Of a stretch of DNA of 64,000 nt, positions 1 through 9,175 are shown piece after piece. Numbering within the stretch: the first letter of the stretch is position 1; every line of letters starts with the position of its first letter. Made by a program: the position numbers and the translations under genes. The notes beneath the pieces were generated by a model. That model ran no database searches. It worked only from the letters and a program-made list of their open reading frames with translations, and was not told the origin of the DNA. Source of the stretch: an uncultured delta proteobacterium (lineage in GTDB: Bacteria; Desulfobacterota; Desulfuromonadia; Geobacterales; DSM-12255); the NCBI GenBank assembly GCA_963787125.1, contig CAWBBV010000007.1, forward strand, positions 416,001 through 480,000. Reading direction: 5' to 3'.

Positions 1-147
1 CACAAACAGGCATCCTGTCAGGTAACAGTTCTGGCAGGAGACCGGGCGGAAATCCGTTTTCAAGCGGCGGAAAAAGGGGTGACGCCGGGACAGGTAGCGG
101 TGCTGTATCGCGGTGATGAGGTGATTGGTGGAGGTTGGATAGACTGA
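1..147 (+). CDS. mnmA: tRNA 2-thiouridine(34) synthase MnmA, 3' end (partial)
   Basis: Frame 1 reads ...IRFQAAEKGVTPGQVAVLYRGDEVIGGGWID*, matching the MnmA C-terminal TPGQ..V.Y...GGG.I motif; its TGA overlaps the next ATG. Confidence 0.85.
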   Translation, partial: HKQASCQVTVLAGDRAEIRFQAAEKGVTPGQVAVLYRGDEVIGGGWID

Positions 148-1460
148 TGAAGAAAGTTGCCATTACTACCCTTGGCTGTAAAACCAACCAGTTTGAATCC
201 GCGGCCATGGGCGAATCTCTGACTAAAACCGGCTACGAAACGGTACCTTTCAACGCGGTCGCTGATATCTATATCATTAATACCTGTTCGGTGACGGCAA
301 AGAGTGATGCGGAATCGAGACGGCTGATCAGGCGCGCAGCCAGGCTCAATCCGGCTTCACAAATAGTGGTGACAGGTTGTTACGCCCAGCTGGCAGCGGC
401 GGAGATCGCCGACCTGCCGAATGTCTCCCTTGTTCTGGGAAACAGTGAGAAAAAGGGATTGGCCTCTTTGCTGGCGGACCTTGACAGCAAAACAAAAATC
501 CGGGTTGCCGATATCGGCATGGTGACGGCGGCTGAAGGGTTGCATCTGGAGAGCTTTGCCGAGCATACCCGGGCATTTTTGCAGGTGCAGAATGGTTGTG
601 ATGCCTTCTGCTCCTACTGCATTGTCCCCTATGCCCGGGGGAGGAGCCGGAGCGTCCCCTTTGACGAGGTGCTGGAAGGTGCTCGAAAATCGGCGTCAGC
701 CGGTTTTGGTGAAGTAGTCCTTACCGGTATCCATCTTGGCGCCTACGGGCTCGATCTGGAGCCAAAGAGGGGTCTTCTTGAGCTGATCCAGAGTATCGCT
801 GCTGATGGTATGGTCAGGCGGTTGCGGGTCGGCTCTGTCGAGCCGAACGAAGTGACAGCGGAATTCATCTCTTTTATGGCAGGTTCGCACATTCTCTGTC
901 CCCATCTGCACCTTCCGCTGCAGAGCGGCTCTGCCGGAGTACTGGCGGCAATGGGGCGCGGCTACGGCCCTGAGTTGATAGCTACGCTGGTCGGGCAGCT
1001 GGTTGCGGCAGTTCCCGATATCGCCGTCGGCTTTGACGTCATTGCCGGTTTCCCCGGCGAGAGCGCAGAAGATCATGCCGCCACTTGCCGGTTGATAGCG
1101 TCGTTGCCGATCGCTTATCTTCATGTTTTCCCCTATTCATCAAGGCCGGGGACCGCAGCAGCCCTGCTGCCGGGGCATCTGAATCCGGCCGTGGTGAAGC
1201 GCCGGTCAGAAGAGCTGCGCACGCTGGGTGATAAAAAGAGACTTGAATTTGCCGGGCGCTTTGTCGGCCGGGATCTGCAAGTGTTGATCCAGGGCGACGG
1301 CAACAGCGGCATTGCGAGGAATTATCTGACGGTAAGACTGGAAGGGCAGACGGCGCAAACTGGCGATGAGATGTCCGTCAGGATCAGCGGAGTCAATCCT
1401 GACGGGAGTTGTTCGGGTCTGCTCCCTGCCGGTAGCCGCACTGAGGGTGCAGCCATTTGA
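147..1460 (+). CDS. mtaB: tRNA (N6-threonylcarbamoyladenosine-C2) methylthiotransferase MtaB
   Basis: UPF0004 N-terminus (TLGCKTNQFES, INTCSVT, VTGCYAQ) plus radical SAM CDAFCSYC with IVPYARG; ATG at 147 is coupled to the mnmA stop. Confidence 0.88.
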   Translation: MKKVAITTLGCKTNQFESAAMGESLTKTGYETVPFNAVADIYIINTCSVTAKSDAESRRLIRRAARLNPASQIVVTGCYAQLAAAEIADLPNVSLVLGNSEKKGLASLLADLDSKTKIRVADIGMVTAAEGLHLESFAEHTRAFLQVQNGCDAFCSYCIVPYARGRSRSVPFDEVLEGARKSASAGFGEVVLTGIHLGAYGLDLEPKRGLLELIQSIAADGMVRRLRVGSVEPNEVTAEFISFMAGSHILCPHLHLPLQSGSAGVLAAMGRGYGPELIATLVGQLVAAVPDIAVGFDVIAGFPGESAEDHAATCRLIASLPIAYLHVFPYSSRPGTAAALLPGHLNPAVVKRRSEELRTLGDKKRLEFAGRFVGRDLQVLIQGDGNSGIARNYLTVRLEGQTAQTGDEMSVRISGVNPDGSCSGLLPAGSRTEGAAI

Positions 1461-1695
1461 GCCCTGCCACCAGCTCAGGGGTCAACTGGATGCAGTCCGG
1501 ATTGATGCTGAAGCGGCGCTTGTAGACCTTGCATGTGCGGGTGACTACGTCTAGATAGCGGCATGGGGTCTGGGTGTAGAAGATGGTGCCGTTGTCGTTT
1601 TCAAACTTTTCAAAACAGCAGAAACCGCACTGGTTGCATTTTGCTTCCCACGCTTCATTCTCAACCGGTTTGTCTATAATATTGATTTTAGGCAT
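1393..1695 (-). CDS. YkgJ-family CxxCxxCC cysteine cluster protein
   Basis: CNQCGFCC...PCRYLD...CKVY..R...DC...WL...CGY pattern. Confidence 0.8.
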   Translation of the reverse strand: MPKINIIDKPVENEAWEAKCNQCGFCCFEKFENDNGTIFYTQTPCRYLDVVTRTCKVYKRRFSINPDCIQLTPELVAGLKWLHPQCGYRQGADPNNSRQD

Positions 1696-1810
1696 CTATA
1701 ATTACGTCCTCAAGCCGGGCAGTTCTGAACTGGCAGGCCATCCTTTCAGGGTTCTATCGTTTAAAATTGCTTCCAATCCGGTTTTTACACCAGGCATAAC
1801 CTTCCTTGAT

Positions 1811-2506
1811 TCAATCTGTTGCGGCACTTCTGCCGATCAATAGTTCAAATGTCCGGCCTTTTCGGGAAAGCTTTACCCTGTCCGGCAGGATCTCATCGAC
1901 TAAAACGCCATTGATAGTTGCTCCGGTGGCTGTTGGCTGCCCGTTGATAATTGCCAGTCTGTCAGCACTGTCCTTGTTCCAGGCGATTCCGGACAGTGTC
2001 AGTGTAGCGTCGCTTGCCACTGTTGCCAGCACAGGGGGGCTCTTCCTCGTGGGCGCTGTCTGCATAGGCTCGCCGGGAGGGGCTGCGCTGCCGGGTAACT
2101 CCAACGGCTCACTTTTAATGGAGACTTTAGCTCTTGGTGGCAACAGCTGCGGCGCAAGCTCTGTTTTCAGACTATTCACGGGGGCAGGTGTAACCGTAGC
2201 GGCTCTGTAATCGCTGCCGGTCGCCAAGGGTGATGGCGGCAAAGTCTGCACAGGGGCAGGCTGGGAAAATGCAGGTAATTCCCTGGGCCGCACAGCTTCT
2301 GTAACTGACGGTTTGCGCATCAGGGCAACAACCAGAATGACAATTATTAAAGCAGCGGCACTGCCGAAAAACCAGATCCAGCGACCGGCAATACCGCTTC
2401 CTGTTGACTGTTTGAGGATGTCACGGGAGACGTTGAGCGTCTTTTCCTCTTGAGAGGGAGACTTCTCATCTTCAAGCTTTTTCAAGGCTTTAAGGATCGA
2501 ACTCAT
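1811..2506 (-). CDS. General secretion pathway protein GspB/ExeB-like
   Basis: MSSILKALKK start, single TM, Pro-rich linker, C-terminal LSGIAW...AIING...V.EI.PD.V domain; coupled to an ExeA gene. Confidence 0.75.
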   Translation of the reverse strand: MSSILKALKKLEDEKSPSQEEKTLNVSRDILKQSTGSGIAGRWIWFFGSAAALIIVILVVALMRKPSVTEAVRPRELPAFSQPAPVQTLPPSPLATGSDYRAATVTPAPVNSLKTELAPQLLPPRAKVSIKSEPLELPGSAAPPGEPMQTAPTRKSPPVLATVASDATLTLSGIAWNKDSADRLAIINGQPTATGATINGVLVDEILPDRVKLSRKGRTFELLIGRSAATD

Positions 2507-3471
2507 GAATTACTCTCCGATTCCCTTGTGAGTTGAGCGGCTTTTCCGGAAACAGGTTTTCCTGGTCCAAGAAGGTGTAATGTTCCCAAAACAACAGCAG
2601 CCAAAAGCAAGGCGGCGAGGATGAATGCAAAAATCATTTTCCGCTGGGAGGGAGTTACTTTTCTGTTTCCCTGGAGTTCGCGGATTGCCGCGGCAGCAAG
2701 CTTGCCACTGATCTCTCCGGTGTCTTCAGTGTAGGCAGTCAGAAGGGCTCTGTCGCAGGCGACATTGATCAGTCTGGGGGAGCCTTTGGAGAAACCGTAA
2801 ATCGCTTTCAAGGCAGCATTTGAAAAGTTTATCCATCCGCCGCCGCCGGCAACTTTTATTCGGTGCCTGATATAGTTGCTGCTGTCTTCAAAATCCATCG
2901 GCAGGAGGTGAAACCTTACCCTTATCCGCTGGGCGAGCTGTCTGAGTTCCGGCTTTGCAAGCAGTTCCTGCAATTCGGGTTGACCGGCAAGAACAATCTG
3001 GATCAGCTTGTCCGATTCGGTCTCCAGGTTAGAGATCAGCCTGACCTGCTCAAGTACCTGCGGCGCCAGGTTCTGTGCTTCGTCAATGACCAGGACTACG
3101 GTTTTACCGGCACGGTTTTCAGCCAGAAGGAACCTGTTCAGCTCCTCAAGGAGGGCGCCGTTTTCCAGCCCTTCATGGAGGATGGCGAATTCCCTGTTGA
3201 TGTTTCTTAAGAGTTCTACTGCAGAGAGGCAGGGGTTGAGGATCAGGGCGCTTTTGTGGCTGCTGTCGTCAAACTGGCCAAGAATTGTCCGCAGGACGGT
3301 AGTCTTGCCGGTGCCGACTTCGCCGGTGAGTTCAATAAATCCGGCATGGTCTTTTATACCGTAAAGAAGGTGGGCAAAAGCCTCCTTGTGCTGTTTGCTC
3401 AAGTAAAGGAAGCGCGGGTTCGGAGTTATGTTGAACGGCTTTTCTCTGAAACCAAAATATTTACAGTACAT
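2503..3471 (-). CDS. ExeA/GspA-family AAA ATPase
   Basis: MY..YFG..EKPF..TP.P start, Walker A GEVGTGKT, Walker B VIDEAQ, GQPEL, G.PRLIN..CDRALL; C-terminal TM. Confidence 0.88.
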   Translation of the reverse strand: MYCKYFGFREKPFNITPNPRFLYLSKQHKEAFAHLLYGIKDHAGFIELTGEVGTGKTTVLRTILGQFDDSSHKSALILNPCLSAVELLRNINREFAILHEGLENGALLEELNRFLLAENRAGKTVVLVIDEAQNLAPQVLEQVRLISNLETESDKLIQIVLAGQPELQELLAKPELRQLAQRIRVRFHLLPMDFEDSSNYIRHRIKVAGGGGWINFSNAALKAIYGFSKGSPRLINVACDRALLTAYTEDTGEISGKLAAAAIRELQGNRKVTPSQRKMIFAFILAALLLAAVVLGTLHLLGPGKPVSGKAAQLTRESESNS

Positions 3472-3481
3472 GGAACTCCTG

Positions 3482-4903
3482 CTATTTAGCCGCTTGGCCT
3501 GCTGGTGGCATAGCCGGTTCAGCAGCAGTTCTTCCTTTTGTTATACTACTGAAAACATCAAGGCCTTTAAGCATCTCCAGTGACCGGGAAAGCTGGTAGT
3601 CATTGGCAGTTTCATCAACAGGCAAGGCCTTTTCAGCTGGTTTTTTGAGTGGTTGCTTCAGCTTGATTTCGGGCTTTACCGGTGCAACAGGTTGCTCTTT
3701 TTCGCCGACGGCTTTGAAGTGACCCTGAATGTCCTTTTCCCGGAGTTCGGGCAGCGGTTCTTCACCCGGTTTTGGTTTTTTGGAAAGATCCTGCTGGGCG
3801 ACAATGACATCAGGGGTGATCCCTTTTGCCTGTATCGAGCGGCCTTTCGGGGTGTAGTAACGCGCTGTGGTAATCTTTAGCCCATAGCCGTCGCGCAGCG
3901 GAATAACAGATTGTACCGAGCCTTTACCGTAGCTCTGGGTCCCCATGATTATGGCTCTGCCATTGTCCTGCAGTGCTCCGGCCAGAATCTCAGAAGCACT
4001 GGCGCTGCCGCCGTTGATGAGAACAACGATGGGATAATGAGGCTCTTTCACCCCTACTTTGGCAAAGTGGCTCATCTTGGCCGCAGGCAGTCGCCCTTTC
4101 ATGGTGACGATGGTGCCGTCATCCTTGCCTTCACCGATGAATCGGTCTGCGACCTGGGATGCAGTGTCCACCAGTCCCCCGGGGTTGTTCCGCAGGTCCA
4201 GCACCAGTCCCTTCAACCCCTCAGGATTTTCCGCATGGAGGTTTTTGAGGGCATTGATGAAATCTTCTCCCGTCCTCTCCTGGAACTGAATGATCCGGAT
4301 ATAGCCGTAGCCCGGGGCAAGCGTTCTGCTCCGCATGCTTTTGGTTTTGATGATGTCACGGACGAGAGGAAAGGCCAGGGAGCGCTTTTCACCTTCCCGG
4401 ATGATGTGGATGGTTACTTTGGTGCCTTTCTCTCCCCGCATCAGCGAGACGGATTTCTGAATGGAAAGACCATTGGTCGGAGTTGAGTCAATTTTCCAGA
4501 TGTGATCGTTGGGCTTTACGCCGGCACGCCAGGCTGGAGTGTCTTCTATGGGAGATATTACCGTCAGTTTGCCATCCTTGATATTGATCTCTATGCCGAG
4601 CCCGCCGAAAGAGCCGGCCATGTTGACTTTCATCTCCTTGTACGGCTCAGGAGTCATGAAGGCACTGTGCGGGTCGAGCTGCGAGAGCATGCCGTCAATA
4701 GCGCCCTGAATAAGCTTCTTGGAGTCGACTTCTTCGACATAACTCTTCTTGACTATGTCCATTACCTCTTTGACGAGTTTAAGCTGGTCTCGTTCAACGG
4801 ATACAGTCCTGTTGACCTTGAGTTCTTTGTAAAAACGGATTCCCATGGCAGTTACAAGTGCCAGGCAGATAATTGACAGGATAACTCTGATAATGATACG
4901 CAT
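3482..4903 (-). CDS. S41 family C-terminal processing protease (CtpA-like)
   Basis: PDZ (FGGLGIEI), DLRNNPGG, catalytic SASASEI and YGKGSVQ, TARYYTP; probable start at the ATG at 4903. Confidence 0.92.
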   Translation of the reverse strand: MRIIIRVILSIICLALVTAMGIRFYKELKVNRTVSVERDQLKLVKEVMDIVKKSYVEEVDSKKLIQGAIDGMLSQLDPHSAFMTPEPYKEMKVNMAGSFGGLGIEINIKDGKLTVISPIEDTPAWRAGVKPNDHIWKIDSTPTNGLSIQKSVSLMRGEKGTKVTIHIIREGEKRSLAFPLVRDIIKTKSMRSRTLAPGYGYIRIIQFQERTGEDFINALKNLHAENPEGLKGLVLDLRNNPGGLVDTASQVADRFIGEGKDDGTIVTMKGRLPAAKMSHFAKVGVKEPHYPIVVLINGGSASASEILAGALQDNGRAIIMGTQSYGKGSVQSVIPLRDGYGLKITTARYYTPKGRSIQAKGITPDVIVAQQDLSKKPKPGEEPLPELREKDIQGHFKAVGEKEQPVAPVKPEIKLKQPLKKPAEKALPVDETANDYQLSRSLEMLKGLDVFSSITKGRTAAEPAMPPAGQAAK

Positions 4904-5099
4904 TAAGGCTCGACACTCCTGGAACAAGTTCTTTGCAATCCTGTAAATTACAGGTTTTGGCAGGCTGCTGTCAATGTTTATGCATGTAGCTGGCTAAGCG
5001 ACCCGGACTGAAATAGGTAGTTCCATATTGATTTTTTGGATAAAGCGCGCGTTTGCTGTTATCATTGCAGGAGTTCAGGCATGAAAAGGGGGCAAAGAG

Positions 5100-6404
5100 T
5101 TGAGTACGGTTATAATTGAGCTGCTGGTAATTGTAATCCTGATATTTGTGAACGGTTTTTTCGCCTGCGCAGAGTTTGCTGTCATCTCCATCCGCAAAAG
5201 CCGGGTCGCCCAGTTGGTAGCTGCCGGTGACAGCCGGGCCGGGATTATTGAGAGCTTGCAGAAAGACCCCCATAAGCTGCTGGCGGTAGCCCAGATCGGC
5301 ATGACAGTTGTCGGGGCGACTGCTTCAGCAATCGGTGGTGTGCTTGCGGTAGAGCACCTTAAACCGATCCTGCAGGGATCATCACTTGAGATTATCCGTA
5401 ACGCATCCGAGCCTCTTGCCGTCTCTTTTGTGGTTTTGATCCTCTCTTATTTTATTCTGGTAATAGGTGAGCTTGCCCCGAAAGCCATCGGTCTCCAGTA
5501 CGCTGATCCTGTGGCACTCTATTTTGCCCGACCACTTGATTTTATGGCACGTTTCGGAATGATTGTTGTCAGTCTACTCTCTCTTTCCAGTCGGGGGGTG
5601 CTGCGTATTTTCGGGATAAACGGCAGGGAACAGGGTTTCATCAGCCGCGAAGAGATTCAGCATATTGTTTCCGAAGGACATGAGGCCGGAGCCTTTACCG
5701 CTGCGGAGAACGAGTATATCAAGAATATTTTCGATTTTACCCATACAACGGTCAGAGAGGTCATGGTGCCGCGCACCAGGGTGGCGGCCATAGATCTCGA
5801 CCATTCAAAAGAGGCTATCTGCAAAACCATTCTGGATAACCAGTATTCAAGGTATCCGGTCTACCGGGAAGATATCGAGCAGGTTACCGGATTTATACAT
5901 GCAAAGGATTTTCTCGGCCAGATGGTCAAGTCGCCGGGTTTTGATGTCCAGTCAATAATCCGGCCGCCTTTTTATGTCCCGGAAGGGAAAAAGGTGAACG
6001 ATCTGCTGAAGGAGATGCAGCGTAAACGAGTCCACATCGCCCTTGTTATTGACGAGTATGGAGGCCTCAGCGGGATGGTTACCACAGAGGATCTGCTGGA
6101 AGAGCTGGTGGGAGAGATTGAGGATGAACATGATGTCGAGGAGCCGTTGCGGATTCAGCAGCTTGAAGGCAATAGCTGGCTGATCGACGCACTCCTTTCC
6201 GTCAGTGATATTGAAGATCTGCTGAATGTGTCGTTTGGTGACGACCCTCCCTTTGACACTGTTGCCGGCATGATCCTGCACAGCTTTGGCCGTTTCCCTG
6301 AAAAGGGTGAAGAAATTGAGTGGGGAGGGTACCGCTTCATTTGTGAGGAAGTGGCAAAGAATTCAATCATCAGGGTCAGAGTCGTGATGATTGCCGAGTC
6401 ATGA
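5100..6404 (+). CDS. Hemolysin/CNNM-family protein (DUF21 + CBS pair + CorC/HlyC)
   Basis: [52 protein letters not shown]. Confidence 0.9.
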   Translation: MSTVIIELLVIVILIFVNGFFACAEFAVISIRKSRVAQLVAAGDSRAGIIESLQKDPHKLLAVAQIGMTVVGATASAIGGVLAVEHLKPILQGSSLEIIRNASEPLAVSFVVLILSYFILVIGELAPKAIGLQYADPVALYFARPLDFMARFGMIVVSLLSLSSRGVLRIFGINGREQGFISREEIQHIVSEGHEAGAFTAAENEYIKNIFDFTHTTVREVMVPRTRVAAIDLDHSKEAICKTILDNQYSRYPVYREDIEQVTGFIHAKDFLGQMVKSPGFDVQSIIRPPFYVPEGKKVNDLLKEMQRKRVHIALVIDEYGGLSGMVTTEDLLEELVGEIEDEHDVEEPLRIQQLEGNSWLIDALLSVSDIEDLLNVSFGDDPPFDTVAGMILHSFGRFPEKGEEIEWGGYRFICEEVAKNSIIRVRVVMIAES

Positions 6405-7325
6405 CCGCTTTTTCTTGTTGCCGAACATTATTGAGGTGATCACCGAAATTGCCAGTACCCCGAAAATAACCCCGAGCGAAAAGTGAATCGGGATTTTGTA
6501 GGGGCTGTGAGCCAGCAGCATCTTTATTCCGACAAAAGCCAGGATAAACGATACCCCCAGCTTCAGATAAGAGAACATCCCCATGACATTTGCCAGTAGA
6601 TAATAGAGCGAACGCAATCCCATGATGGCAAAGGCGTTGGAAGTGTAAACGATCAGCGGGTCTCTGGTGACTGAAAGTACTGCCGGAATGGAATCGACCG
6701 CAAAGATGACATCACTGCTTTCGATGACAACAAGTGCTAAAAAAAGCGGGGTGGCGGCGGTGATGCCGTTGCGGCGGACAAAGAACTTGTCGCCGGATAT
6801 TCTTTTAGTTATGGGCATGAACCGCCTGACGAGCCGTACCGCAAAGTTTTTCTCAGGGTCGATCTCTTCCTCTTTTCCGAAAGCCATTTTAAGCCCGGTA
6901 ACGACGAGGATCCCGCCGAACAGGTAGATTGTCCAGCTGAAGCGCTGAATCAGGTCAATTCCGGCAAGAATGAAAACAGCTCGAAGGATAAGTGCGCCGA
7001 TAATCCCCCACTTGAGTATCTTTGGCTGGTGGCGTTTGCTGATTTTGAAATAGGAGAATATCATTATAAAGACAAAGAGATTGTCCACGGAAAGTGACTG
7101 CTCGATGACATAACCGGCAAGGAATTCAAGTGCTTTATCTTTCCCCAGTTCGATGAAGACCCCTGCATTGAAGGCCAGCGCTAACGAAACCCAGACGGCA
7201 GTCCAGGCGGATGCTTCACGGAAACTGATTTCATGGGTTTTACGGTTGAATACGCCCAGGTCGAGGATAAACATTATGCCGAGGGTCAGGGTGAATCCTG
7301 CCCAGAGTACGGCTTGATTGGTCAA
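6399..7325 (-). CDS. TerC/Alx-family membrane protein
   Basis: EQSLSVDNLFVF, GALILR, DVIFAVDSIPAV, YTSNAFAIMGLRSLY. Confidence 0.92.
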   Translation of the reverse strand: MTNQAVLWAGFTLTLGIMFILDLGVFNRKTHEISFREASAWTAVWVSLALAFNAGVFIELGKDKALEFLAGYVIEQSLSVDNLFVFIMIFSYFKISKRHQPKILKWGIIGALILRAVFILAGIDLIQRFSWTIYLFGGILVVTGLKMAFGKEEEIDPEKNFAVRLVRRFMPITKRISGDKFFVRRNGITAATPLFLALVVIESSDVIFAVDSIPAVLSVTRDPLIVYTSNAFAIMGLRSLYYLLANVMGMFSYLKLGVSFILAFVGIKMLLAHSPYKIPIHFSLGVIFGVLAISVITSIMFGNKKKRS

Positions 7326-7451
7326 AGTGGATCTCCTCGAACGTAAGTTCCTGATGACGATAATTCTGCAGAGCGGGGGCAGAGTCTGGTTGCTTTTAAC
7401 TCTTTGAGCCCGTAAAATATACAGACAAATAGAATCTATGCAAGGCTGTTG

Positions 7452-8303
7452 ATGGCAGATAATTCCGTTGAAAAAAAATTCCTCTACCTGATTGTCTTCT
7501 CACTCCTTATTCATGCCGCCATGTTTGTTGTGCTGCTGAATATGCCGCAAGAGAAGAGATCTCCTCTCACCGAGCCGTTAATGGTTGATCTGGAAGGAAT
7601 TCCAACCCTTGCTCCGCCAAAAACAGCTCCACCTCCGGTAAAAAGGCAGTCTGAGGAGACGCAGCGGGTGGAACGAGAGATAGCACCAAAAGGTGATGAG
7701 TTCAAAGAGAAGCTCATGCCGGGTGGGCAGGCAATCATGAGGCCTGCGCCTACGTCTGCCGAGCCGAAAGGGGAGCCAAACGCTCCTGTTCCCACTCCTG
7801 CTGATTCTGCCGCTCGTGAAAAGTCGCCGCGGGACGAACTTTTTAGGAAACGCGGCAAACCGTCAACTCCGGACAGTGCCATGCTTTATCCCGGAGCAGC
7901 CAGAATGGCGAGCCTTGAAGAGAATTATCGGAAAAAGTATGGTCCGGAGGTAGCTGATGGTGAGACTCGTTTTCTAAATACCGATGATATCCAGTTCGGC
8001 TCATTTCTACGGCGCTTTGAAAACTCGATTTATGGTGTCTGGCGCTATCCAGCCGAAGCTGCAAAAATGGGAATAGAAGGGGTTACGCCGGTAAAGATCA
8101 CCTTCAATCGTCGTGGTGAAATAGTGGCTAAGGAGCTGTTGCAGAGTTCGGGCAGCAAAATCCTTGACAATGAGGTGCTGCGCACCCTTGATCAGGTCGG
8201 GCCGATAGGCAGTTTTCCCCAGGGGTATAAAAAGGAGACGTTTAACCTCATCGCTTTCTTTTATTACGGGATAAAGCAGGGGGCAAGCCGCTCGCTTCGC
8301 TGA
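7452..8303 (+). CDS. TonB-family energy transducer-like protein
   Basis: N-terminal TM with SLLIH, Pro-rich linker, C-terminal YPAEA...GIEG...SSGSKILD TonB_C motif. Confidence 0.78.
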   Translation: MADNSVEKKFLYLIVFSLLIHAAMFVVLLNMPQEKRSPLTEPLMVDLEGIPTLAPPKTAPPPVKRQSEETQRVEREIAPKGDEFKEKLMPGGQAIMRPAPTSAEPKGEPNAPVPTPADSAAREKSPRDELFRKRGKPSTPDSAMLYPGAARMASLEENYRKKYGPEVADGETRFLNTDDIQFGSFLRRFENSIYGVWRYPAEAAKMGIEGVTPVKITFNRRGEIVAKELLQSSGSKILDNEVLRTLDQVGPIGSFPQGYKKETFNLIAFFYYGIKQGASRSLR

Positions 8304-8326
8304 GATGGAAAAGACTGGAGGAGACT

Positions 8327-9169
8327 GTGAGCTATTTTAGTAAAACAAAGGCAGTGTCAGTTTCGATGATGGTAACCCTTTTGGCCGGGTGCGGCAATTT
8401 CGAGTGGTTTCCGCAGAACAGCGCCTTCACTAATCATTCAACCGCTTCATCATCTGTAACACAGCCAGGAACTGTTATGCGGGAGTTACCTTTCCCCGCA
8501 ACAGTAAAATGGGTCAGCGATATCTCTTATGACAAGAGCAATGCGACATTCTGGCTGCTAGCCTGGACAGGGTTGGCGATACCCCCTAATGCCCCCAATG
8601 CTCTGGTCAAGATCAATGCGACGACCGGCGCCTACATAAGTAAGGTTGATGCGAGCAGTTGGCCGTTCACGATCCTTGACGGCAGCACACTTGCCTATGA
8701 CGGGTCATTCTTCTGGATTACCAGCAATGGCAGCAACAGCGGGGTAGTGGCAAGCGAAGTCTACCAGATCAGGTGGGATGGTTCGTATAGCAACACCTAT
8801 CCTTGCCTGTCTACCAGCACCGGGTTCTGCCGGGGGGTTGCGTTTGACGCGGCGACATCCTCGTACTGGACTGCCGGTTCTGACACTGCCAATCTGGTCA
8901 ATTATCAGGTTGCGGGCAGTACGTATTCATCCAGCGTCACGTATTCGAACAACCTTTATTCCGGCGCCAGTGACGTCGCTTTTGATTCCGCAACCAATGA
9001 GGTTTTTGTCGTTAATAACGGGATAGTAAGGGTAAATAAAAGCAGCGGAGCTTATCTCAGCAGCATCCCGTTTACTCTTCCCGGGACGGGGAGAGGGGAT
9101 TGGGATGGAACCTATCTCTGGGTGGTAGATAACAGCTCTAAGTCGATAAAGGCACTTTTTGTGAGATAA
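8327..9169 (+). CDS. Putative lipoprotein with beta-propeller-like repeats
   Basis: Lipobox LLAGC; repeated (L/V)A(Y/F)D...(F/Y)W blades (ISYD, LAYDG, VAFD, WDGTYLWV). Confidence 0.55.
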   Translation: MSYFSKTKAVSVSMMVTLLAGCGNFEWFPQNSAFTNHSTASSSVTQPGTVMRELPFPATVKWVSDISYDKSNATFWLLAWTGLAIPPNAPNALVKINATTGAYISKVDASSWPFTILDGSTLAYDGSFFWITSNGSNSGVVASEVYQIRWDGSYSNTYPCLSTSTGFCRGVAFDAATSSYWTAGSDTANLVNYQVAGSTYSSSVTYSNNLYSGASDVAFDSATNEVFVVNNGIVRVNKSSGAYLSSIPFTLPGTGRGDWDGTYLWVVDNSSKSIKALFVR

Positions 9170-9175
9170 ACCGGT

